From Vicugna vicugna (Eukaryota), in assembly GCA_013265495.1 (NCBI GenBank), contig MU058337.1, forward strand, positions 3,130,686 through 3,194,685: a stretch of 64,000 nt of DNA, in the 5' to 3' direction. Of the stretch, positions 25,264 to 39,223 are shown piece by piece. Each line of letters opens with the position of its first letter. The stretch's first letter is position 1. The translations under genes and the position numbers were made by a program. Under the pieces are notes generated by a model. That model was not told the DNA's origin, ran no database searches, and saw nothing but the letters and a program-made list of their open reading frames with translations.

Positions 25264-28084
25264 AAATCATGTGTTTGGTATCTTGAAATTTCCCTGGACA
25301 TCTCAAATCACCATCACCTGTATGTCTAGCTGGATGTCCAATAGTAACACTAGATGTGTCTAGATATTTTTGTCTTTTGCATCACATTGCATTATTAATT
25401 TTGATGGCAAAAGTGTCCATAAGATGAAACTTAAAACACCATATTATACAGTTCTATATTTCATATTATAATTGGTAAAGAGTTAATATGATTTTAATAA
25501 CATGGTGAAAATATTGTGGTATTGAGATGCTAATTTGAATTTCCTCTCGGAGACATTCCCTTTTTCGTGCACTTTTTCTATATCCTTTATTTGCAGCTCC
25601 TCTCAGAGGTCCCCAAGGAAGTTGGCTGCTGCTCCCGGTTTCCGCCAGGTGCACTTTAGATGGGCTTCACAGACACTTCAGCAAAGTCTTGACAAAGGCA
25701 GACAGAGAGGAAGCAAAGAAGGAGGAGTGATTCTCTACACCAAAGATAGTACAATACACTCAACAAAATTTTTAATAAGGTGTATAACACACATTATCCA
25801 TGCGTCCTGGAAACATCCTTGTCATTCTTGGGCTGTGGTGAGTCTTGCCAGGCAATTTGAAATTGTACTTGCAAATACAATTCCTAGTTCTTGTAATATG
25901 ATCTAGGTGAATGATGCATAAACAAGCGTGTCTCGTATCAGCCAGCACACGGGGAGACAAATGGAATTCAGGTAGCGTATTCTGAGCAATTACACAGAGA
26001 CCACTCCCGCTGGTACCGCTCCTCACCCTACACAGACCTCACTGCTTATATAAAACAATCGCAGCCTGATGAATGATTTTAACAAAGCAGCCAAGAAACA
26101 TTATCAAAGGCATAAAGAAGTAACACTTGACCTAACAATGTAACAGCCTATGGTAATGAGAGTTGAAAAGGAAACGCAGATAAATTATAAATATTAACCC
26201 TATTTTGGCACAAAGGAGGAAGTGTCATAATGTGGCTTAGCATGATCGGTTTTTTTAATGAAATCAGTGATAGCCATAATCACTTAGGAGGCAGCAGCTG
26301 GTAGAAAAAGAGAAGTTCTTAAATGGCTCGAGGTCTTTTTTCCTCTCTATTTTGTCAAGTGCTGTGGTCTACATTGAATGCGGACTTAATATGCACTGAG
26401 TGCAAAATTTGAAAATCAAATCAGATCGTCTTTGGCATCAATTTAAGACACAGACTATACCAACAATCAGTGCAGAGAGGAAAGTCTTTCCTGATGTTAT
26501 AATTCATACGTCTTTCGTGAGTTATAGTATACAGTAACGTGATCTTACGTACTTTTTCTTATTCGTAGGTAGCCCACGAAAAAAATTAAAAGTAGTGAAA
26601 GGCAAAGCTATTCAGTACCTACAGATATTCAAATGAACACATTCTAAGGTTACATACTTCTAAGAAAAAAATCACATACATACACACTTCTAGAAATGCT
26701 TACATGTAAACTCTCCTTCACAGCGCACTAAATTTTAGGCACTTCTCTCTGAAATACAAACAAATTAAATAACGAACAAGTCAAATAGCCTCAGTGGTTT
26801 GCAAGTACGTTCTTCCTGTTTTATCAATGCACATTCTGGCCATACACACTGGATATTTATCGGGGAGAAGAAATTTCTCTTTTACCAAAGAACGTAGAGA
26901 GAAAACAAGATTATTTCCTTAAGTAAATACCTGTCAGTCTTTGATAGACTGTTCCACTTCGCCATTTAAATAGATTCCCTTGATGTTTTCATTCTTAAAA
27001 CTCTTTGATAAAAAATTAAGTAGTTAGCTCAGTCCCAATATTGTTAATTAATTAATAATACTCATTTTCATGGTTTATTGCTACAATAGTCACTCTACAC
27101 CTGAGTAAATATTCTTCTTTTAGTTAAATTATCCTGTGTCATTTATCACCGAAGGCACAGACCTGTCTGTGCTCTGAAGTTCCTTCTCTGCTAAGAAGTA
27201 ATGGAGGCTTTGAGCTTCCAAAAGGTTAACTAACCTATGAATGACCGAATAGTTCCATCTCAGAGGGTCATTGTTCTTAAATGTCACAGTCATTAGAAGC
27301 TATTACAGCTTAACTACCCACCTTGGACTTGTTTTTAAGTCATGAAGAATTAGAAAGCAAAATAAAAATTCTCACTTTTATCAGGGGTTAGATTACCACA
27401 GGGGTCAACACCTTCACGGTGAGAGTGTCAATGCCTGGGCACAATTTTGCGCTCAGTTTTTAGCAGGACTTAAATTGCTTAGAAGGAAAACGTGGATCCC
27501 CAGCCCCCTTTTTTTGGGAAAGAAAATCCTGCAAATGCAACTACAGGACAAAAAATAAAACAAAATAAAATTTCTTGTGGAGTTCTTTTAGTTGTTGCTT
27601 TACTGTTAATGATGATGTTTGCGGACCTCAGATCATGAATAGAAAATCACATGTAATACAATCATTGTTCCAGGTGTGTGTCTGTAAAGAGGAGAAAGAT
27701 ATTGAAAGGAATCGGTCGCTTCTTTCACTTTTCCATCCAGAGCAAGACTGTAAAAGGGCGATAATACAGCAGCTCTGCTTTTCCCACCTGGAGATGGAGG
27801 GGTGACGGGTAAGGATACTGTACATGGAACAAACGTTCATATTACTGACTTCTATTTATGCTCGATACACTGAGCTTCCCTTGATTGCATTTCCTATGTT
27901 TGTGAAATGAGTGATGAATGAATTGCAATTCAAAAACGAATGAATGATGTGATCAGTAAGTGCTATTTCTTCTTCTTTCTAAAACAGATGAACTAGTGAA
28001 GTTTTTATATAAGATGTGTGTGTGTGTGTGTTTGTTAGCTACAGTATTTGGAGGCAATAAGAGCATGTTTTTAGATGCTCGTGC

Positions 28085-28566
28085 ATAACTGCAAAAGGAA
28101 GTTTTACACAGACCAGTCAAACAGGCAAGAAAGATTATTTAAGGCAATTGCACTAGGAAAGAGAGATTGATGTCAACTCCAGTGAAACAAAAGTTGTAGA
28201 GTTTTTAAGCATGGGAGTGAGCTAGTGGGAAAGTACTGGAGGATATTAGGGGGAGGTTGGCCAACAAGACAAGGCATCCATGTTTGCTTACTGGCACTGC
28301 TGGAAGTTGAGCTCCCAACCTCCCACAGAGACTAGAAGATGGGGCTCTTTCTTGATGATCACATTTCAAAGGGCAGGCTTCTTCTTGGAGAAGACAGTCC
28401 TGGACTGTAGAAGATTTACATCTCAAAGGAGCAGAGAAAGAATTTAAGATTGCTAGCATTCTCAAGTAAATGCTCTAAGAAAAGGGAAATCGGGGAACTA
28501 TAGTCAGAATGAAATCTATCTAAAGTTTTAAAAAGCTGAGGAGAACGTTAGGGCCATCCTAGTCGA
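28085..28566 (-). mobile_element. ERV1 solo LTR, MER67-like
   Basis: Reverse complement reads 'gactaggatggccctaacgttctcctcagc...aaactttagatagatttcattctgactatag...cccttttcttagagcatttacttgagaa...ttctttctctgctcctttgagatgtaaatcttctaca', matching recalled MER67 5' sequence. Confidence 0.8.
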
Positions 28567-29429
28567 TGCGTACCCATGTTTACACATTTCGTTAAAGGTG
28601 CCTATTTGCATATTACGTATGTGAAGGTGACACTGACCTGGTCTACAGCAGTTAGAAGTAGACATGGCCCACCCCCTAAAGGCTTGAAACATTTTAGCCA
28701 ACAATATAGTCTTTTCAAAAACGAAATTATGAAATACTTATTTGTGTGTTATAATTATCAAATACACGCTCTAGGAACCCAATTACAACTACAGCACATT
28801 TTTATATGAGGCTGGAAGAAATAACAAGAGACAGAAAACTATGTGCTAGTTGCCTATTTCCTAGGAAAAGTTCATTTTGCATTTACTGACTCAGTAATTC
28901 ATCTTCTAGCTTTTGAAAATGCCATTTGAAACAATGATTGAATCTTTCAAAAGCAGATGAAAAAAAGATTTGCGAGAATAGCCTGAATAACAAAATTTTA
29001 AATGATTGCTGATACATTTATTTGACTTGGGATTTGTCATTGGCAAATTTCAAGATGAAGGAAGCTCCAGTGGTTGATAACAAGCAGAGGAGATACTGTG
29101 CTGGGAACACTGACCGGCCGGGGGTCAGACCTTCATATCTCCTACCGGACTGTTGAGCCTAAAGTTTCATTTTATTTGTGCTCCATAAAGAGTCCAGATT
29201 TGTCTTTCTAAAATACCAAAATGCACATCCACCAAATTCTCTTCCTGAATCACCCTTTATGTCTTCCAAAGCCTGTCCCACTGTCCAACACCAGGCTCCA
29301 TATTGAGCCCAAGGGATGTCTCTCTTCTCAATCACTCTGTACCACAACACCACTACATCATGTCTCTGCCCAAATCATCTTACCCCGAAGATAAAGGATT
29401 TTATACTCCACTATACTGAAGAATAGGGC

Positions 29430-29535
29430 ACTTTGAAATGCAGATTCCAGGGCCCCACACCCAGAAATTCAAATTCAGCATGTCTGCACTGGACCCAGAA
29501 GTCTGAATATTTACAGCACTACCATGACTGTCTGA
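29430..29535. mobile_element. MER5-like (hAT-Charlie) DNA transposon fragment
   Basis: 'aaatgcagattccagggccccacacccagaaattcaaattcagcatgtctg...gacccagaagtctgaatattt'. Confidence 0.75.
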
Positions 29536-30059
29536 GAAAGATGTATGCTACCTCCCTTGGATTTGGCTTGAAAGCTGAATCCTGGGTGAGATGGTGGGTC
29601 TCAGGACAGAGATGGAAGTTATTTTTCTGAATTTGCTTGTTATTTACTTTGGATGTTGCAACTCTAAAGATACTTTATGTATAATTAAAATAATTAAAAG
29701 GGGGTACAGTCATTAAAATTTTATAAAGTCATTTTCTGAAGAGCTTTCCCTGACATAGGCCTTACCCCTAACACCCTCTGCATTTCTCCCTCTCCTCTGC
29801 TGCCTCTGGACCGGGCAGGTGTTGACACTTACACATTGGATTGCCATTATATTTGTTTAAACTTGAATACATTATGAGGCTTACTGAGAGTAGAAGCATA
29901 ACTTTCATCCTTGTGGCTCCAGCATTTAGCACATTTGACACATTATAATTCTTTAATAAATGCCAAAGTGTATATTTATTAAGGTATGTAAGCATTCTGT
30001 CTCAGGGCTATGGAGCAAAGTGAAAATGTCCTAATTCTTGGTCATTTTAAGATGTCTTA

Positions 30060-30197
30060 GCTTAGACTAGTAACATAGAGGCAGGGATTTTGTGTGCTTT
30101 GTTCACTGTAATATCCTCAATACCTAGAACAGTGACCAGCACACAGTAGGCTCACAGCAAAATGTTATTTTCTTGTTAATGAATAAATGAATGAATA
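30060..30197 (+). mobile_element. L2 3' end
   Basis: 'gaggcagggattttgtgtgctttgttcactgtaatatcctcaatacctagaacagtgaccagcacacagtaggctca...tgaataaatgaatgaat'. Confidence 0.85.
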
Positions 30198-33100
30198 GCA
30201 TAGCCATGCTTAGGATACGGGTATAAAATGGTGCATCAGACTCATTTACTATGTGAATTCCAACGTCATTCTATTTCTCTGTTGACCTGTTCATTTACTC
30301 AGGCAATAATTTTCCCTTGGAAAAATTCCAAATTATATTGGAGGAAACAAAAGACATTTGTAAAAGGAACTTGTTTAGCATAAAAGGCTGACATGACACA
30401 TGGCACCACATACTCCCAAGTTCCTCCATTGAAAGGGCCCCGGCAAGAGCTGTGGTCTTACTGACAGATGGATGACCACACCAGACCCTTTGTGACCTTG
30501 ACATAGTCAAAAATAACACTCTTCTCTGCCATTGTTTAAGAAGAACGTAACTTTGACTTGAGAAGCCGCTGTCTCATAAAAATGAAAACTTTTAGATGGA
30601 TATTCTGACGTGACTAGATCGGGCTTAATTTTCCACTCAACAAGCTTACAAAAACCTTAGAAAAGATTGACTTAAGTGCTTCTTTTTTTAAGAAAGACTT
30701 AGATAGGCAGAACCCAAATCAGAAATAGTTTCTACTGAATATGCTGGTTTTTTCATTAACAAACAGGAATGTTTTAGACCTTTGTTTAGATGTTTATGCT
30801 TACTTAGTCCTTTGCCTTTAATACCTTTGTGCCTCCTCATTCTGACTATTCTGCCTAAGCAGTTCCCACTGCTATTCCACAGATTATCCATGACAAATTT
30901 TCACTATTTTGCAGCAAAAGGAGAAGAAATACCATTGAATCTATCTTTGTGTCTCTATATCATGACACAATAAAAAGTTGGCAGTTCTATATTGGGCTCT
31001 AATTAGAAAAAAAACTATCCTATGAATATCTAACATCTATGCCTATTCATTCTGGTTCATGCTTACTTCATAACCCAGGAGGCCAGGAGGATGATCATTA
31101 TCACCACCTTCCCGACCATAAACTCATCATTCTTCTGACTCCGCTTCATACCCTTAGCCCTTGGCCTGTGCTGTGCCCCACTGTCTCAGAGCCTTGCTAG
31201 GTGATGACCTACCTTATCTGATAGCATGGGATGAAGTTCCTCTGTTTCCTTCTTCTTGCATATGATCAGGGACAGACAGAGGAATATCTGATATATAAGT
31301 AGCAAGCTTTAGTTTGGGACATGTTACTATAGGGAGCATGTAGGTAATACTGATTAAAAGAATAATCATTAGTATGGAAAGTGAAAATACATCAGAATCA
31401 CACTTCCATCGCATTGCCCTGTCTGGGTAAAACTAGAATATCTGAAAGGAAATTCATTAAGCTTATACCAGTCATCAAGATGTGAGAACTTAGACAAGGG
31501 AAAAGACAGTAAAGACTACGAGATGTCTGAATTTGTGTTAATAGCAGGCTCCCAGGTAAACCAAGCACAGGGTTAGGGTTGCCCAAATACAGCAGCGAGC
31601 ACAGTTGAAGTGAAAATGCGCATGTCCTGCTCTGGTAGATGGGGTCTTTGTTTTCACGAGGATGCTATAAAGGGAGAGAAGACATGCAGATGAGTAAATT
31701 ATCAAAGAAGTACCTGCTTGTCCAAACAGATCCTCCTTGTAGAATACGTAGTAAGAATGGGTTAGAGAAAGGTTTGCATTGGAGTAGAAACTGAGACCAA
31801 GGCAAGGCAGATGTGCTCACACTGCTGCACATAGCTCACGTGTACACAGAGGATCATGACTGGAAACTTCTCAGGTAAACAGCTGTGCTGGATTGACTCC
31901 TGATACAGACTGAGTGAATAGGAAGGAGGTGAATGTTCTGTAGTCCACCTTCACCACACAGGAGTCCTGGCTTCCGTGACTTCTGCATGGGTGCTTGGGT
32001 ACAGCTGTAGGTAATCTTTCAGACCACTTTCTGCTCAAATGTTTCACAATTTTATGAGTAAGAAGTAATCAGAATGAAAGCAAAGAGGCATTCAGCCCAT
32101 TTCCAAGAAGAAGCCCATTGTCTAATGGCTTATTTCTTTGAAATTGGACTTTAACACACAAGTCCTGGCTCCAGGGCACTCACTGTGTGCTGAGACCCTC
32201 ACTACTGTCAAAAGTCACCTTTGAAACTGATGACTGCATATTTCCAGTATTTGTAAAATTTGGGCAATGAGCAAAAAAAGAACAGATTTCCTGAATAGTT
32301 TCCTGGTTTATTGATATCATTTGGCCATTTACAGGGCCATGTGAAGATACACAGGACAGGTTTTACAAAGAAAATTCTGTGAAAAACGCAGAACTGTAAT
32401 AGTCCATTTAGGTGGTAATGGACAACCTCCAAACCTCAGAGATTTACGAAAAGCACCCTTCAGTTCTCTCTCGCTCAGTATGTACGGTGTGCTCAGGCTG
32501 TGGTTCTTTTCCATGCATCTTGTCTTTCATTCACGCAGGCTGAAAACGCAGCCTTCATCCTGGACATTAATGAGTACGATAGAGTCCAAAGCAACACTAA
32601 TAAGTCCTTGCATAGATGTGACATTGGTCACATTCCACTGACCAAAATAAGTTTGTGGACCATGGCTGACAGTAGACAGGGAGGGTATCCAACCAAGGAT
32701 GGGGGGGTGGCTGGCAAGGATAAGGATGCACGCTGCTATGGCAACAGAGGGAGTGCAAAGTAGTGAACAGTAACCATAGAGCTGGTACCCAGGCTCTCAC
32801 TGTGAAACGGACCAGTGCCTCCCACACAGCGTTTCCCATACAGAGTCTCCTCACTTCGTGATCGTGGAGTGGCCGCTTCCTGCAAGACTTGACTTCCCAG
32901 GGTTGCTGGAGGTAGAGCCTAGTAAGAAAGAGAGAAAGAGAAAGAGTGAAAAGGAGTTAGTGAAAACAGGCATCAGAATGTAGTGTATTTTAGAGACAGA
33001 CAGGTATTTGGGTTCATTTATTTCAACAATTTCATCTGTAAGATGAAGAAATTTTTAAAAAGTGGGGTGGGGGATGAAAGGCACCAGCACAAAGATGGAG

Positions 33101-35875
33101 GTGGTTTCAAGACTGATGACAGGATTTTGAACTCATCTCTCCTTTTCACCACAAACAATCTCGTTCCTTGCCGTTTCCAGCCCATGGAGCAGGACCAGAG
33201 ATTCCTGCTTTTTGCATTTCTAAATAATAGTGATGTTCACTAAATAATGATACACAACTCTCTCTCCAGGACACATTTGTTAATGCAATTATTGAAAGCA
33301 TACAACTTGGAAAACGAATCCATCGCCTGCTCAAATCCCACCGCTCCATTTAAGCAACTGATAATGGGTTGAGCTCCAAAGAGCAACTCGAGGGCCACGG
33401 ACGAATTTCCCTGAATTGTAATTCAATATTTTTACTTCAATCCACACAACTGTGTATTGGCGAGATTGGACTCCATCATCATCACAATGAACTGCAATGT
33501 CTCTTCTCTAAATTAAATTTAAATTGAATTTGAAAAGGCTTCCCAGCCCATAAAGAGAAAGATCAGGGAAAAAAATGCCTCCTTCCTCTCCATCTCAGAG
33601 ACTGAAGGGAATAGGTTACTGAGTGTTTTATCATCAGAAGTTCATATTCTATAAATCTGAACTGGGAAATGTGAAAAAATCAAGCCATTTAAGATGTATT
33701 AGGAGAAGGAGGAGAAAAGAACAGTCAAAATGTGCAGCTCATTTTCAGTGATCAGCTGACTGTATTCTGAATTAAGAAGTAACGCACACACACACACATA
33801 CATCCTTCCCCATTCTTCCTCCAACTGTGCTGTGAAAGGAATACAATGGGTGTGAAATGATGAATTTTTAAATATATCTCTTGCTCCTTAAAAAAAATAA
33901 AAGTAACTGGCCTGTCAAAATAGGAGCTGCTTTCCAAATTTCCAGATTACAGGTGTTCCCCATGATATAATTAACCTAAATGACTGTCTTTCTGCCGTCA
34001 TGACAAAGGTGGGACAATTTATGTAACTACTATCCATCTTGTAAAGAGTTTATAAAGCCCTTACTCATGATTGGCTTCACACACTGATTAATAGACACGT
34101 TTTATTTCAGACTTTAATTAAAAGCCATAAAAGCAGTCAACTGTAGTCCATGAATGTGTTGGTGACAAAAAAAGGGGGGGGCATTAGAGAGATGGGAGAT
34201 CAAGCACTGAACAAATTTTGCATGAGATCCTGTGAGGAGAGCCACATGCCTATGCTTGAGACCTCTCCGAGACAGTCACACAGAGAGAGGAAAGACGCAG
34301 GTGAGGTAGCACGCTCAGTTTTAGGCCCAATCTGCTTTAATTTAAGAGAAAAGTGGCACCATATTTTTTCATATTTATATTAATATCGAAGTGAAGACAA
34401 AAAAAAAAGAAGAAAGAAAACTTTTGAATGAGCAAATTCTAGCCAGCCTGCAGGTTTTGTTATGAAATACAAATTGCTAAATTAATTCTGTTGCATCTCA
34501 AGAACGATTTGATATAAATCATTGAATAGATGTCATGGACTGTGGTGAGTCATCGAGCAAATTCAAGCAAACGTTACTGATTCCCATAGGATTACACTAA
34601 TTATTCACTTACCGTAAACATTTACCTGGACCTTAAGCCACATGACATATAGAAAGTTGGCAAGTAAAGGCGTGGTATTAGCAACTCATAGGAGGCCGTG
34701 AACTGGGTGATTTTTGCTTTCTCCCCGGATTTCTACAGCCATCTCTAAGCACTTGAGGGACAGAGCAGCAACTACAGAGGAGTTTCTTAACACGTGATGC
34801 ACGTGATTTGGATATTCACAGAGACACAACTGCACCCTTACTTTTCCAGGATTCTTAGGGGCATTCTCTACTGGCATATTTGGATCAAAACCAAATACGG
34901 AGTTCAGAAAGCATCTGAGCTCAGTTTATCTTTCAAAGGAAGGCGTCTTTCTCACTTCCACTGGGGAGAGCCCCGCGGTGCTCTGGCCTGATGTAAAGGC
35001 CCTGAACTTTCAGGGCTCAGTGTTTTGGCACCGAAGGCAGACAGATAACCAACATAGTAATTTAAGAGCGCAGCCTTACAAAAATTTGCAAAATGAAAGC
35101 TAGTGTGACAGGGCAAACATGAACATATGAGTGTCATAGCCTCTCCCCTCTCATTCCCCATGGAGGATAATTCTATATTTGCCAGTTTTATGGAGGGTCT
35201 TATGTACAGATTGGCAAAACCGGGGTGGGGGGAGTTGGAAGGGTAGAAATTAAAGAAGGCAAACAGCAATTGATTTTGTTGAAAAAGGCAGAGAATTACT
35301 TCTAGAAAATAAAACATGTAGAAGTGGGACTGGAGATAAACGTAAAAGCAGGACGGCTGTGCTTCAGAGAGGCAAGCGGGTGGGCGGGAGGTGAAAGAGT
35401 TAACACTACTTTGCCAGAGGGAGTGGAGAACGAGGAAGGAGGCAGGAAATGTTTTGAAAACTTATGTTAACATTTCTTTGTGTCTGTGATCTTTTCAGAG
35501 GCAGCAGGAAGTACTGAAAGTGTTTTCAAAACTTTCTTTAGCTACAGGATGGAGGTTTTATTTGAATGCACCGTTTGGTCAATGTACCCAAATTTGTATA
35601 GGTTTTGCTAATATAATATTAAGTGCAAATTTCCCCCTTTTCAAACACATGCACTCACAGATCTAGCCAGTTTTCCTTAAAACTATCACAGGGCTAAAAT
35701 TCCAGTCGCTCAAAACATAAGCCAAGTTTAAAGTATATTCTAGTGTGAGTTCTTAAGATGTTGACACATACTGAAATCATATATTTAGGGATAGATTAAC
35801 TTTTTGGCTAAAATAAGGAGAACTATATCTTCTTCCTACTATTTCAATAATGTAAATCGGAATTAGGGATGTCTG

Positions 35876-35894
35876 ACACACACAGGTGCACACG

Positions 35895-35931
<37 letters not shown>
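35876..35931. repeat. (CA)n microsatellite
   Basis: Long CA run at about 35898-35931 with imperfect CA units upstream. Confidence 0.95.
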
Positions 35932-35934
<3 letters not shown>

Positions 35935-36434
35935 TATGTGCTGACAATTTTTTCCTGGAAAGGATGTTATCCTATTTTGTGGTTTCTATAAACTTTAGGT
36001 CAGTTATAAAATATTACAGTTTGAGTCTCCTGAAACATAAAAAGGTCCATTTTCCCTCCTCAGATTCAGTTAAATTATAATAAAATAGTACAAATAGCTG
36101 ATTATTTTATCATAGGTCCACAAGCCTATTAAAATCTCAATACTAACAAGCAAGTGTTTTTGTAATTAAAATGCAGCTCGCTTCTTTTCATCTGATTGGT
36201 AGACAGCTCCTGTCTGCATGAAAAATCATTGGGATGTGAATTGTGAGCAGTTAAGGATAAGAATTCTAGACCTAAAAATGTCTACTTGTAAATTTTTCCA
36301 AATTCTAGCTTACGAGCAAATTCAGACTTACACGTATAGCATTTCCACCAAGGCTAAACCTGTCTATAGACTTAACTAATCTTTTTTCTGAGTTGCATTA
36401 CCTTTGTTACTTGTGTAAATTTAGAGTACGTCCG

Positions 36435-36675
36435 ATGGAGTCATAAGACCTGATTTGAATCTAGGACCTTCCTCTTAATTATGGACTATTCCTGTACAAT
36501 CAATACAAATGACATCGGTTTTCTTATCTGTGAATTGGAGATTAAACTCGCCCATGCCTCCTCGGTATTTCGCCAAGCTTCTACAAAACGTGCCAGGAAG
36601 GCTCCCATCCCAGCACTCAGCTCCGGGACCAGCGCATGGTAAGCGACGATAAAATGGAGCTGCTATTTTCATAGT
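36435..36675 (+). mobile_element. MIR SINE
   Basis: 'ggagtcataagacctgatttgaatctagg...catcggttttcttatctgtgaattggagattaa...gcgcatggtaagcgacgataaaatggagctgctatt'. Confidence 0.75.
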
Positions 36676-39029
36676 AAAATGACAGCTTGCGTTCTTTTCC
36701 AGAGCCTCACAGAATGAGTCATGGCACTTCCATGCTTCTGCCTCTAGCAGAGTGCAGAATGCTCACTCTGGGTGACACTAAGGCCGCCACACTGGCCTCA
36801 GGTTAGGATGTCTTTACTTTCCCTTAGATTTACAGTCTGTTCCACAGAAAAACATTCACTGTGACACTTGTATGAATTTCAGACCTAGACAAGAAACGGG
36901 ACTCAGTCACTCTCTCTCTTTCTCTCTCTCACTCTACCATACAAACCATATTTTGGAAAAATTGGGGATTTGTTTAAAATCTGTCTTTTTTAGGGAGCAG
37001 ATGAAGATATCCTGTGCTTTTAATGTAACTGCATCCCTTTGAGACATTGGGATCCAATGTAGCAGTTACATCAAGCAGGAACAGATTCATTACTGTCAAC
37101 CCAGGTCTAACTGAAACCAGAAGTCTTCCCAATAAAGACATTTTTAAAGTATATTTTAAAATTTTCTTTTCTTTCAGATAGTTTAATTTGAATTTTAGAA
37201 AGTGACGTGATTTCATCTGGTTGATTTTCATTTGGTTCATTGCAAACTTAGATGTTTGAATTTTATCCAAACTTACCCAAGCATCGTTTTCTTAAATCAG
37301 CCCGAACTGTATTTTATCACTCACAGCTAAGAAAACTGGCGAGTATTGAGCCCCTGACTAATAACATTATTGTTTTAAAACAAACAGAAGTTCTAATTTT
37401 GAATTAGTGTCCATATCTTGTATGATTCCAGAGAAGTCTTCTTTAACAATATGTATTAATGAAATCTCGATGCATCCAGGGAAGCCCAGATTTTCACTAA
37501 GGGTAAGAAAAATAGAAAGATGTATGGTTGGATAATTGCAGCAAAGGAGTTTACAGATTGCACTTAGGATTCCAGGTAGGGGTGGTGCGGGGAAGGGTGG
37601 GTTGGGGGTAGAGAGACAGCACCAGAGAGAAGTTTCTAGTAAAGGGAAGAATCAAGGGACTTTACAGAAGAAGGATACCTAGCTCTGAAATTGAATGTGG
37701 TGTTGCAATGCAATCATATCTCTTGCCAATTTCCCTCCAAACCTCAGACCTGGAGCTTTATATAGCAAAGACATTGGGAAGAAATTCTGTGCAGATTGAT
37801 GCTATGGAGAAAGGTAAATTCATCATTAACAGATCAATAACTCACCACCAGAAGGAGATCTGAGACAAAAGTGACTGGGAGACGTGTGAGATTTCAGAGG
37901 TTTTTTGTTCTTACTGTTGTCTGGGGGTTTGTTTGTTTGTTTGGCAGGAGTAGAGCCAAGTTTCCCACAATATTTGGAATGCAGTTTAGTGGCTTCCCTT
38001 CAGACAGTAAACAAAATTAGAAGCCTCATTTTGCAGGAGTTCTGAAGAATAAATTGCGGCTGAAATTTGTGTTACACCTGTGATAACTGCACCAGAGAAA
38101 TTCCTTTACAACGTCTGTGTTCTAGGCTATTTCATCTTTATGGTAAGAATAAGATGTTAATAAAGATTCTGAGTATATATTCTGATTCCATATACATTAA
38201 ATTTGCAGGAATTTCAGTCCCAGTGAATTCTTTCCAAATAGCTCCATAGATGGTGTGGGATGAGATGGGAAGAGAAAGTCTAACAGCAAGGACATTGTCC
38301 ATCGTGGACACCAACAGACAACTTGGCAGGTCCCGATGGCCCTGTGAGATTGTGTCCTCACTCCTTGAGACAGGCGTTGGGATGTACGGTCCAGAAAAAT
38401 GATCAACTATCAGACCTAAAAAACGGACATTTATTCCTACGAAGCAGGGTAGCTAAAGGTCTGGTTTGCCGAAATGTGGGTTCCCACTGTTTTGGAAGTC
38501 TTTTCTTTCCCGCAGAGCTGGTGTATAAGGCGGGCCTGGGTGCAAGTCTTCAAGGAACAGAGGAGGCGGCGTCTAATTTGCCTTGAGAGTCGGGAAGTGC
38601 ATCATTTAGCTTGAGGCTTGGAGATGATTTGTTGATTCAGCAAGCAGTGATGAGCAGGGACACCATGCTTTCATTCCTTGCACGGTAGCCTTTGAGCGCC
38701 ACAGCTGTGACGTAGGGAAGGAGAAAGAAGACAGTGCTTTTCCCTCTAGATCTGCTAATCCAGTGGACAAAGTAAACTTTACACACATAATGACACAAAC
38801 GACTTTTGCAAAATACTAAGTGCCTTAAGTGCTACGATAGAAACGTTCAGGTTGCCCGAAGGTAATATAATAAGGAAATTAATTTACGTTGGGACCATGA
38901 AGGAGGAGTCTATTGAAGAAGGGGTCTTAGCTATAAGACGACATGAAGTGAAGGGTGATTGGAAGAATGTTCCAGAGACAGCAAAGAGCAAATGGCAATC
39001 CCCTGGAGACTGTGTGGCCACCCCAGAAA

Positions 39030-39223
39030 CTGGAGAAGATTCACATGTGGACACAGCTAGAAGGTGGTCATCTGCAAGCCAAAGAGAGGTGTCAGAAGAA
39101 ACCAATCCTGCTAGCACCTTTATCTTGGACTTCCAGCTTCCAAAAGGGTTAGAAAATAGACCTGTGTTGTTTAAGCCACCAGCCTGTGGTACCTTGTTAT
39201 GGTAGCTATAATGAACTGGTACA
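39030..39223 (+). mobile_element. MLT1A/B-like LTR 3' portion within degraded L2 sequence
   Basis: 'catctgcaagccaaagagaggtgtcagaagaaaccaatcctgctagcacctttatcttggacttccagcttcca...gttgtttaagccaccagcctgtggtaccttgttatggtagc...aactggtaca'. Confidence 0.85.

Noticed and set aside
27155..27172. Inverted repeat gcacagac-ct-gtctgtgc
   Set aside because: An 8-bp stem is expected by chance in 64 kb and is too short for a pre-miRNA.
38852..39205. 117-aa ORF
   Set aside because: Spans degraded L2 and MLT1 LTR sequence; repeat-derived.
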